A DNA stretch of 36,659 nucleotides from Candidatus Aegiribacteria sp. GTDB lineage: Bacteria; Fermentibacterota; Fermentibacteria; Fermentibacterales; JCC-6. The position numbers were made by a program, and so were the translations under genes. This document shows, piece by piece, positions 8,650 through 16,778 of the stretch. The DNA is taken from contig JAWOBF010000147.1 of the NCBI GenBank assembly GCA_046498225.1, forward strand, positions 1 to 36,659. The letters run 5' to 3'. Under the pieces are notes generated by a model, which did not search any database, was not told the origin of the DNA, and saw only the letters and a list, made by a program, of their open reading frames with translations. Position 1 is the stretch's first letter, and each line of letters opens with the position of its first letter.

Positions 8650-9345
8650 ATGAGAATTGTATTGTCGTATCTGATTCTGGTGTCCGCAATTGCGCTGGGG
8701 GATTTCCTGGACGATTTCGAATCCTACGCTCCGGGGCAGGACCCCGACAACTCTCCGGACTGGAGCCGGGAACCCACGGGGGGCTACGTCCTCGTGACCG
8801 AGTACGGGGGCAACCAGGCGGTGGAAGCCCACTTCCCCGATTCCGCCTTCATAGGCTACCTCTGCGAAGGGGCGGGCATCTGGGATGAGGGTTCCGTTTC
8901 CATGGATTTCAACGTTACCGGCGGCAGCACCCTGGTCAGCGTACTGGCCCGGATGCAGCTGTTCAGCGGCGAGGCCTACGCGGGAGGCCTGGCGGTCTGG
9001 GTCCAGCCCTTCACCTTCGCCTACATCGCCCACGTTTCCGCCGCCGGCGAGTACGACATCCTGTATCAGGAAGGCGGTCCCTCCATGCCGCCGGATACGT
9101 GGATGAACACGCGGCTGGAACTGGAGGGGGAGAACCCGGTTACCCTGTCCCTCTACTTCGACGACGAGCTGGCCGCCCAGGTGGAGGATACGGTACACGT
9201 CCTGGGGTCGGGCCTCAGCGGCTTCGCCATGTTCTACGAGGAAGGGGTTCCGGAGATACTGGCGGATGATTTCCATGTAGTTCTGACCCCCCAGGCCATG
9301 AGGGCCATGACCTTCGGCGCGCTGAAAGCCGTCTTCGCCCCCTGA
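8650..9345 (+). CDS. Secreted acidic beta-sandwich (lectin/ConA-like) protein with C-terminal TFGALK tail
   Basis: Signal peptide, DDFESY start of the mature domain, W...RLEL.G...SLYFD and ADDFHV, typical of jelly-roll domains. Ends AMRAMTFGALKAVFAP. Confidence 0.75.
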   Translation: MRIVLSYLILVSAIALGDFLDDFESYAPGQDPDNSPDWSREPTGGYVLVTEYGGNQAVEAHFPDSAFIGYLCEGAGIWDEGSVSMDFNVTGGSTLVSVLARMQLFSGEAYAGGLAVWVQPFTFAYIAHVSAAGEYDILYQEGGPSMPPDTWMNTRLELEGENPVTLSLYFDDELAAQVEDTVHVLGSGLSGFAMFYEEGVPEILADDFHVVLTPQAMRAMTFGALKAVFAP

Positions 9346-9491
9346 ATACCACAAGGTAAAACCTCGAGTGGAATCGGTGACCTCTGCAGGGCGGGCGCAT
9401 TGCTCCATGTTCTTTTTGCCCGCGGGCACTTTTTCTTCACGGATGGACTATAATACTCCAGCTATTCACAATGAAATCCGGAGGTCGACCT

Positions 9492-9923
9492 GTGAAGATT
9501 ACCGCGCTGCTGCTTGGAATCATGGCTGTAACCCTCTCCGCCCAGTCCTGTCCCGACACTGGAGCGGGGCCGGACTGCGGCTCCTGCGGGAGTACGTACC
9601 AGCCCCCCTCTTCCGTGAGAATATCCCGGACCGGCGCCACCACAGTGGTCCCGGAGGGGACGGGCATCCACTTCTACTCCGTAACCCAGGACATGGAGGC
9701 ATCCAGGGTCTCGATATCCTTCGCCCTGCAGGATGAATCCTCGGTGAACCTGGTGCTCACGGACATGGACGGGAATACAGTAATGGACATCGCCGAGGGT
9801 TACTACGAGCAGGGCAACTACCGTGAGCTGTTCGATACCGAAGGGCTGTCATCCGGCATGTACATCGTCCGGCTGGACGCCCTGGGAGGGACCGGATACA
9901 CCGTCATCTACCTGCTGGACTGA
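9492..9923 (+). CDS. Small secreted protein: short Cys-rich segment plus FlgD-Ig/T9SS-type C-terminal domain
   Basis: GGAGGT RBS (9480-9485) before GTG 9492, signal peptide, and ISFAL...VNLVLTDMDG...GLSSGMYIVRL. Confidence 0.8.
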   Translation: MKITALLLGIMAVTLSAQSCPDTGAGPDCGSCGSTYQPPSSVRISRTGATTVVPEGTGIHFYSVTQDMEASRVSISFALQDESSVNLVLTDMDGNTVMDIAEGYYEQGNYRELFDTEGLSSGMYIVRLDALGGTGYTVIYLLD

Positions 9924-10010
9924 GAGACTTTCCTCTACCTTCTCACTTGAGCTTCCTTCCGTTATATAGAACAAGGCAGCTATCAAACCTGCCTTGAAGT
10001 GGAGGGAACA

Positions 10011-11885
10011 ATGAGGAACAGAGTAGAATTGTGGAGTACGGTTCTGGCGACCCTGCTCCTGGTCTCCGGCATGGCGGTCGGTTCTGAAACGGGCGCGGCC
10101 GAAATGCCGGCAGGGGGGTCGAATGCAAGGCCGGCGGTGGAAACCGCGGTCCACAGCATAGGCAATATCACTATGTCCCTTATGAACATTGGTACGTGGG
10201 GCGTTGATCCCGATCCGGGCATGGTATGGCCTGAGGGCTCCGGGAACGATTACCTCTTTGCTGGAGACATCTGGTCGTGCTGCTACGGGGATATAACTTC
10301 CTCGGGCACCGCAGCGAGGTATGCCAGCTGCAGTGACTACGGCGCGTGGGAACTCTATCCCGGCGAGGGATATCCCCTGGTCTACCAGACACCCGGTTCG
10401 GTTGCGCCGGAGCAGTCGGAGTACGGCATCGATGACTGGTACACCGAAAGCAACGAGTACCCTTACGGTCTCGCGGCTTTCGTGCGGAACTTCACCTGGG
10501 ACATACAGGGGTACGATGACTTCCAGGCCGTGGAGATGCTGGTGACGCATCACAGCGAGCACGGCAACCCGGGAGTACCTCTGGAGGGCCTTGTAGTAGC
10601 CATCAGGGGTGATTTTGACATAGCTTCCGCCGATACCCTGGAAAACCATCTGGACGACCTGGTCTACTACGACGGACATGCCATCTGGTGCAACGACCCG
10701 GAAGCATCTTTCGAGTACGTGTTCGACGACGGGACCGCCGCCAGTGAGCAGGATGACTACACCTACCAGCAGAACCCTGACAACCCGCTGGGCCCGGGAG
10801 ACCCGGACAACATCCACTACCACTACAATTACTCGGGGTCCGACGGCATACCAGACAACGATGTGGACCAGGACGGGGTCAGCGACCATTTCACCGTACT
10901 GGCCAGGGTCGCCGGCGGCGATACCCTGTACCGGACCGACCCCGAGTCAGGCATAGAACTGTTCAGCGAGGGCATGCCCTACTACCACTGGAACCATACC
11001 GTGGGGGACACCACCTACCTGGTAGTACCCCGGAACCTCAGCTACATGTGGGACGGAGATTCACCCGCATCCACCGAGGATGATTCCGGGGAACCGCTGA
11101 TGCCCGTTTACTGCAACGGATTCGTGGGCTGGAGGCTACTGGACGTATGGGTCAGCAGGGCCGGCGGAGGAACCGAGAGACCCTGCGCCGTTTACGGATG
11201 CGACATTCCCCTGAGCCATCAATGGTGGAACTGGGAAAGCGACCCGGGCACCGACCCCGAGAAGTACGCGTTCATGTGGGGGGTAAACCCGGACCTGAGC
11301 GGCGAACACAGCGGACCCGCCTACATGTCCGACTGGGTGGGCAACCCCAACGCCCCGGACGCCATTGAACCCGTGAACCCCGGCCCGTTCCCCTTCGTAT
11401 ACGACAATCCCAGGGCACTGAACTATCCTGTGTTCGACTACAGGATACTTCAATCCGTCGGCCCGCTGGAACTGGCGGACGGGGATACCCTTCACATCGT
11501 GGGCGGATGGGTGGCGGGACTCGGCCTCGACGGCCTCCGTCTGAACGCGGACCTGCTGCTGGACGCCTACTACCGTGACGAAGCCTGGGGGCAGGGCCTG
11601 GGAATAGAGAATGCGGAACCCCCGGCTGTATCGGGAGTTGCCGTCTCACCCAATCCCGTGTCCTCACAGACCGTGGTCAGCTTCACCCTGGCCGGGCCGG
11701 GACGGACCGTGATGAGCGTATACGATATCTCGGGCCGGGCCGTTAGGACTGTTCTGGACCGGGGAATGGAGCGGGGCGACCATTCGGTGACCGTGGATGC
11801 CTCGGGGCTGGGCGCCGGAGTGTACTTCGTAAGGGTTCTGTCCGAAGCGGGGAGCGCCACGGGAAGATTCCTGGTGCTGGACTGA
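10011..11885 (+). CDS. Large secreted acidic protein with T9SS/FlgD-type C-terminal sorting domain
   Basis: GGAGGG RBS before ATG 10011, signal peptide, HSIGNI...WPEGSGNDYLFAG motif, DNDVDQDG Ca-type loop and VSPNP...YDISGRAV...GVYFVRV. Confidence 0.88.
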   Translation: MRNRVELWSTVLATLLLVSGMAVGSETGAAEMPAGGSNARPAVETAVHSIGNITMSLMNIGTWGVDPDPGMVWPEGSGNDYLFAGDIWSCCYGDITSSGTAARYASCSDYGAWELYPGEGYPLVYQTPGSVAPEQSEYGIDDWYTESNEYPYGLAAFVRNFTWDIQGYDDFQAVEMLVTHHSEHGNPGVPLEGLVVAIRGDFDIASADTLENHLDDLVYYDGHAIWCNDPEASFEYVFDDGTAASEQDDYTYQQNPDNPLGPGDPDNIHYHYNYSGSDGIPDNDVDQDGVSDHFTVLARVAGGDTLYRTDPESGIELFSEGMPYYHWNHTVGDTTYLVVPRNLSYMWDGDSPASTEDDSGEPLMPVYCNGFVGWRLLDVWVSRAGGGTERPCAVYGCDIPLSHQWWNWESDPGTDPEKYAFMWGVNPDLSGEHSGPAYMSDWVGNPNAPDAIEPVNPGPFPFVYDNPRALNYPVFDYRILQSVGPLELADGDTLHIVGGWVAGLGLDGLRLNADLLLDAYYRDEAWGQGLGIENAEPPAVSGVAVSPNPVSSQTVVSFTLAGPGRTVMSVYDISGRAVRTVLDRGMERGDHSVTVDASGLGAGVYFVRVLSEAGSATGRFLVLD

Positions 11886-11953
11886 CGGGCCCCTCTTGTG
11901 CCGAACCTGAAACTGTTGCAGATTACACCAGTTCAACCTGAAGGGAGGGTGAA

Positions 11954-12160
11954 ATGAAGCACTCGAAGTTCTTGAACTGGCTGGCTATTCTGCTGTCAGC
12001 GATAGGAGCCATAAACTGGGGACTGGTGGGAATCTTCAACAAGGATCTCATAATGGGCTTCCTTGGACTCGGCATAGACCTCAGCAAGATCATCTACATC
12101 ATCATCGGCGTTGCTGGTGTCTGGACGCTTATCTTCGTTCTGCCGAAAACGAAGAAGTAG
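11954..12160 (+). CDS. DUF378 family small membrane protein
   Basis: IGAINWGLVGIF..DL...IIYIIIGVAG signature and GGAGGG RBS. Confidence 0.92.
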   Translation: MKHSKFLNWLAILLSAIGAINWGLVGIFNKDLIMGFLGLGIDLSKIIYIIIGVAGVWTLIFVLPKTKK

Positions 12161-12170
12161 GTTTCTGAAG

Positions 12171-12194
12171 GGGGCGGCCGGCCGGCCGCCCCTT
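12171..12194. terminator. GC palindrome, probable terminator between convergent DUF378 and HAD genes
   Basis: Perfect 22-bp palindrome GGGGCGGCCGGCCGGCCGCCCC (12171-12192) plus TT, 10 nt after the DUF378 stop. Confidence 0.65.
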
Positions 12195-12257
12195 GCATCC
12201 ATCTCTTTATAGTTCAACTGAATACCTCGGTTAATACGCATATATTCACTGCCGAGT
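12171..12257 (+). repeat. Copy 1 of an 87-bp duplicated intergenic module
   Basis: Manual ungapped alignment to 14546-14632 gives 24/24 then 44/63 identity. Confidence 0.85.
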
Positions 12258-12269
12258 CCTCCCGGCGCG

Positions 12270-12845
12270 TCAGAAGCTTTTCCGGATTTCCTCCACTATG
12301 CCGGGCACGTCCCGCAGTGTCCCGGCCCTGTAGTCCCCGTCAACCCCGATGCCTATGGTTATGCACCCGGCCTTCGAGCCGGCCTCCATGTCGTGGGGGG
12401 AGTCTCCTATCACCACCGAACGTTCGGGCTCGGCACCCAGCAGGTCCAGTGCCCTCCTTACCATGGAGGGGTCGGGCTTCCCCTCATCCACCTGGTCGCT
12501 GGTGACGATCTGCTCGAAGTAACCTTCCAAACCGTGGCTGGCCAGTATCTCGGAGGTGCATCCACCGGTGGTGTTGGTTATGAGGGCCTTCGGTCCGTCC
12601 AGTGACGCAAGCACGTCTTCGGCGCCCTCCACCTTCCGGATGATGCCGGAATGGGCGGGGAAGACCTCGCCGCACAGCATTTGACGGGTGGTCCCCAGAT
12701 CACTGATGTTCTTTTCCAGGTCTCTGCCCCAGTACTCGTTCTCGAACTCCTCCCTGGAGATATCTCCCAACTCCCGGAAGGACCTGTACCAGGCCTCCCT
12801 GGAGTCAACCAGAACTCCGTCCATGTCGAACAGAAAATACATCAT
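12270..12845 (-). CDS. HAD family hydrolase (phosphoglycolate phosphatase-like, subfamily IA)
   Basis: Motif I FDMDGVLVDS, motif II ITN, KPDP and GDSPHD. GAGGAGGG RBS before ATG 12845. Confidence 0.92.
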   Translation of the reverse strand: MMYFLFDMDGVLVDSREAWYRSFRELGDISREEFENEYWGRDLEKNISDLGTTRQMLCGEVFPAHSGIIRKVEGAEDVLASLDGPKALITNTTGGCTSEILASHGLEGYFEQIVTSDQVDEGKPDPSMVRRALDLLGAEPERSVVIGDSPHDMEAGSKAGCITIGIGVDGDYRAGTLRDVPGIVEEIRKSF

Positions 12846-13022
12846 ACCGGTCTCCCTCCTCAAGTGCATCGTCATCCGGCTCCCCGGAAGGATATCCATA
12901 TTACTTGATAGAGCGGTTCCGGGCTCCTGTCAACACCCTTCCGGACCGGGCTGAACCTTCTTTGCACTTCCCGCAAAAACAGACGCCGGAACGCTGTGAA
13001 CCGGATGCCATCATACCCTTGC

Positions 13023-13050
13023 TTGACAACAGATATGATGTTTGTAAAAT
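13023..13050 (+). promoter_or_regulatory. Sigma70-type promoter for the MBL-rhodanese gene
   Basis: TTGACA (13023-13028), N16, TAAAAT (13045-13050). Confidence 0.7.
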
Positions 13051-13128
13051 GTACATGAAAGAAGCTGCATCTGAAAATGACCGGTCCGGCGCCTGAGCCC
13101 CGGTTGATCACGAACGGAGGAAGGGAAC

Positions 13129-14499
13129 ATGCTCATCCAGCGGATAGAATCCCCCGGACTGGCCCATTATTCCTATATCATAGGCCACGGTCCCGAGGCT
13201 GTGGTGATAGATCCCAGGAGGGACTGCGGAGTATACGCGGAAATCGCCCGAAGGAACCGCATGTCCGTAAGGCACATTCTCGAGACTCACAGGAACGAGG
13301 ATTACGTTGTGGGCTCCCTGGAACTGGCCGGGCTGACCGGCGCGGAAATATGGCATGCCGACGCTGAGCTGGACTATTCCTACGGCAGTCCGGCGGAGGA
13401 CGGACAGACCTGGGAGGTAGGTCCCTTGAAGCTGAAGGCAATATCCACTCCCGGCCATACCCCCGGCTCCATGAGCTACCTCCTGCATGACCAGGAGGGC
13501 CATCCATGGATCTGTTTCACCGGCGACGCCCTCTTCGCGGGGGATGCGGGCAGGGTTGACCTGATGGGGATGGACAGTGCCGAAGAGATGGCCGGCATGC
13601 TATACGACAGCATCTTCGGCAGGCTGCTCTCCCTGGGAGACGGCGTAATAGTCTGTCCGGCCCACGGGCCGGGTTCCGTCTGCGGAAGCGGCATCACCGG
13701 CAGGACCATGACCACGATGGGCATCGAGAGGAATCACAATCCCAGGCTGCGGCACGATTCCAGGCACGATTTCATTAAAACCATGGTAAAGGAGCTGGAG
13801 AGACCGCCTTACTTCAGAACGATGGAGAAGCTGAACATGGAGGGGCCCCCGGTGCTTGGAGGGTTCCGTATGCCCCGCGCCCTTCAGGCGGCGGAATTCC
13901 ATGACAGGATGGGGGCGTCCAGGATATTGGACACCAGACCGGAAGTCTGCTTCGCCTCGGCTCACATTCCCGGGGCCCTTTCCGTCTGGGACGGCGGGGT
14001 AGCGGGTTTCGCCGGATGGTACCTGCCATACGACAAGCCTCTGCTGCTGGTGACCGGCGACGACCCGGAAGGAACCGTTAGAACCTTGATCAGGATGGGA
14101 TACGACAACATCGGAGGCTATCTGGCAGGCGGCATGCTCTCCTGGCACATGGCCGGACTGCCGAGCTCCTCCACCGGTACGCTCTCCGTGAGTAAGCTGT
14201 GCGCAATTCTGGACGGGGAAGGGGAGCCATTCATCCTGGACGTCAGAAGCAGTGAGGAACTGGAAGGAGACGGACGCATACCGGGTGCCCTGCACATCCA
14301 TATCACTCAGCTTCCCGAGAATTTCAGGGAGGTGCCCGACGACCGGCCTGTCCACATCTTCTGCGGGTCCGGGAACAGATCGATGGTAGCAGCCTCCTAT
14401 CTGCAGCAGAAGGGATACGAGAACGTCAGGGTAATACTCGGGGGGCTGGCCGGATGGAACTCGGCCTCCTGCACCATTGAACTCAGGGAGGAAGAATGA
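13129..14499 (+). CDS. MBL-fold metallo-hydrolase (persulfide dioxygenase-like) fused to two rhodanese domains, CstB-like
   Basis: AVVIDPRRD, ETHRNED, TPGHTPG, FTGDALF, PAHGPGSVCG, AHIPGA (pseudo-rhodanese) and FCGSGNRS (active rhodanese Cys). Confidence 0.92.
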   Translation: MLIQRIESPGLAHYSYIIGHGPEAVVIDPRRDCGVYAEIARRNRMSVRHILETHRNEDYVVGSLELAGLTGAEIWHADAELDYSYGSPAEDGQTWEVGPLKLKAISTPGHTPGSMSYLLHDQEGHPWICFTGDALFAGDAGRVDLMGMDSAEEMAGMLYDSIFGRLLSLGDGVIVCPAHGPGSVCGSGITGRTMTTMGIERNHNPRLRHDSRHDFIKTMVKELERPPYFRTMEKLNMEGPPVLGGFRMPRALQAAEFHDRMGASRILDTRPEVCFASAHIPGALSVWDGGVAGFAGWYLPYDKPLLLVTGDDPEGTVRTLIRMGYDNIGGYLAGGMLSWHMAGLPSSSTGTLSVSKLCAILDGEGEPFILDVRSSEELEGDGRIPGALHIHITQLPENFREVPDDRPVHIFCGSGNRSMVAASYLQQKGYENVRVILGGLAGWNSASCTIELREEE

Positions 14500-14543
14500 G
14501 GAACCTGCCGTTACCATAGCAGGGTCATCTGTCATCGTTGGCG

Positions 14544-14572
14544 AAGGGGCGGCCGGCCGGCCGCCCCTTTCT
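14544..14572 (+). terminator. Intrinsic terminator after the MBL-rhodanese gene
   Basis: Perfect 26-bp palindrome AAGGGGCGGCCGGCCGGCCGCCCCTT (14544-14569) followed by a T-rich tract. Confidence 0.75.
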
Positions 14573-14632
14573 TCTATCTTTTTGAATTACAAATGAATAC
14601 AACTGTCGATACATATGTATTGATTGCCGAGT
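14546..14632 (+). repeat. Copy 2 of the 87-bp duplicated intergenic module
   Basis: 68/87 ungapped identity to 12171-12257. Confidence 0.85.
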
Positions 14633-14703
14633 TTTGCATTGCAGAATGATTCATTATATAAAGGACTTAAGGAAGTCCCAATTTTTCGACAGGGGTCTTT
14701 TAA

Positions 14704-16776
14704 ATGGATGACACCATAGCGGAGCTGCAGAATCGCCTTGCATCCGTGGAAAGTGATTCTGAGAGGGCTCGAATTCTGGCGGAGCTGGCCTGGTCCGTGA
14801 AGTATTCCAGCCCATCCAGGGCCGTTGAGCTGGGCGAGAGGTCCCTGGAACTGGTCCGGTCCTCCGGCGATTCATCCCCATTCCCCAAAGCCAGCCTGGC
14901 CATGGCCATGGGATACCTTCACATGTCGCGTTTCCAGGAAGCCGAGGATGCGGGGCTGGCCGGCCTCGCCCACTATCAGGAGGAGGACAGCTTCCCGGGA
15001 ATAAGGCACGGCATGAACGTTATGGGGGCTATCTACAGCAGCTGGGACAAACCGGGCAAGGCACTGGAGCACTACCTCGAAGCAAAAAGGATAGACAGCG
15101 AGCTAAGCCAGACCCCGGACCCGGGCATCCTGAGCAACATAGGCTCGGTCTACATGAAACTGGGCGATTGCGAGAAAGCGCTTGACTACTTCCTCCGGGT
15201 CCGGGAGATAGCAGCCGATATGGAGGGGCCGGCGGACCTCAAAGCGGCGGCTTGCCTGAACCTCGGTGAAGCCTACCGTGCCATGGAGATGTACGACGAG
15301 GCCCTTATCCACTACATCCATGGAGCCGATATCTGCAGGAATGAGGACATGAAGAGCTACGCAGCCACCGCCGAGGTGAGCATAGGCACGGTCAAGATGG
15401 AGCTGGGGGACATGGTCGAGGCCCTCAACCGCTTCGACGAGGCTCTTTCCATATACAACCAGCTGGGGGACAGGCACGGGGCTGCCGATGTTCTTCTTAA
15501 CATGGGCGAGAGCAATCTTCTCACGGAAAGGCACAGGATAGCCCTGAGCTTCTTCAACGAGGCGCTTCACATCTATCGGGAGCTGGATACTCCCCAGGGC
15601 GTGACGGAGGCCCTTTTCGGCATCGCCTCGTCAATGGAGGGAATGGGCCGGCTGGAGGATGCTCTCCGAAGGCTGCATCAGGCCAGGGAAATGGCTTCCG
15701 AAATGGGGTTCAAACCGCTTCTGGTGAAGATTCATGGCAAGCTGGCGGATATCTGCCAGTCCCTTGGCAGAGCTGAAAAGGCGCTGGAATACCATCGGGA
15801 ACTGTACAGGATGGACCGGGAGGTCCATTCGGAGAGGACCGAGGAAAGGCTCCTGAAGCTGGGCATCTCCCACCAGGTGGAGAAATCGCGCAGGGAGGCG
15901 GAGATATACAGGCTGAAGAACATCGAGCTCTCCCGGGACAGGGACAGCCTGAAGGAGAAGATGCTCCGCCGGACCAGGGAGCTGGAGAAGCTCAACAGGG
16001 AGATGGAATTCACCCAGAACGTCAGGGAACAGCTGGAGATGGAGCTGGGCAGGGACAGGAGACTCGCCAGCCTGGGCGAGATAGCGGGAGGCATCGCTCA
16101 TGATTTCCGGAACATTCTCAGCGTAATATCCGGCAACGCCGAACTGGTCATGAACAGCGAGAACCTTTCCCGGGTAAGCACGGACCGCATGGAAAGCATA
16201 ATGGACGCCACCCTCAGCGGAGCCGCGCTGGCCGGGCAGCTGATGTCCTTCGGAAGGAGGATGCCAGACGAGAAGGGGCTTATTCACCTCAACCAGATAA
16301 TCGGCAACATGCTGGGAATGCTGGAGAGAACGGTGGGGCCGGGAATTAGATTTGAGAAGAAACTGGACAAGGCAGACCCGGCCATTCTGGGAGACAAACT
16401 CCAGATAGAGAACCTTCTGGTGAACCTTGTGTTAAACGCCAGGGATTCCATGAAGGACGGCGGGACCATAAAGGTTACCCTGAAAAGGCAGAAAGCCTCG
16501 GAAGCCGGCACTCCCGACGGCCTGTTCGCCGCTTCCGACGACCTGCTGAGGCTGGAGGTGACCGATCAGGGTCACGGCATCAGCCAGGAGCACCTCGACC
16601 GCGTATTCGACCCCTTCTTCACTACGAAACAGAAGGAGGGCGGGTCCGGCCTGGGCCTCTCCGTAGTTCACAGCATAGTCGTTCAGCACAAGGGCTGGAT
16701 AAAGGTCCGGAGCACCGTGGGAAGAGGAAGCACGTTCAGTATCTTTTTTCCCGAAGCGCCGAACACCGGGAAGTGA
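14704..16776 (+). CDS. Cytoplasmic TPR-repeat sensor histidine kinase (HisKA + HATPase_c)
   Basis: About 390 aa of TPRs (xLxNxGxxYxxxGxxxxALxYF), a coiled coil, H-box GIAHDFRN, N-box NLVLNARD, DQGHGI, FDPFFTTK and GSGLGL. Confidence 0.93.
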   Translation: MDDTIAELQNRLASVESDSERARILAELAWSVKYSSPSRAVELGERSLELVRSSGDSSPFPKASLAMAMGYLHMSRFQEAEDAGLAGLAHYQEEDSFPGIRHGMNVMGAIYSSWDKPGKALEHYLEAKRIDSELSQTPDPGILSNIGSVYMKLGDCEKALDYFLRVREIAADMEGPADLKAAACLNLGEAYRAMEMYDEALIHYIHGADICRNEDMKSYAATAEVSIGTVKMELGDMVEALNRFDEALSIYNQLGDRHGAADVLLNMGESNLLTERHRIALSFFNEALHIYRELDTPQGVTEALFGIASSMEGMGRLEDALRRLHQAREMASEMGFKPLLVKIHGKLADICQSLGRAEKALEYHRELYRMDREVHSERTEERLLKLGISHQVEKSRREAEIYRLKNIELSRDRDSLKEKMLRRTRELEKLNREMEFTQNVREQLEMELGRDRRLASLGEIAGGIAHDFRNILSVISGNAELVMNSENLSRVSTDRMESIMDATLSGAALAGQLMSFGRRMPDEKGLIHLNQIIGNMLGMLERTVGPGIRFEKKLDKADPAILGDKLQIENLLVNLVLNARDSMKDGGTIKVTLKRQKASEAGTPDGLFAASDDLLRLEVTDQGHGISQEHLDRVFDPFFTTKQKEGGSGLGLSVVHSIVVQHKGWIKVRSTVGRGSTFSIFFPEAPNTGK

Positions 16777-16778
16777 TT

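Noticed and set aside
12171..14632. Duplicated module as a CRISPR repeat or IS terminal repeats
   Set aside because: There are only two copies 2.3 kb apart in direct orientation, with no spacer array, cas gene, transposase or integrase in the window.
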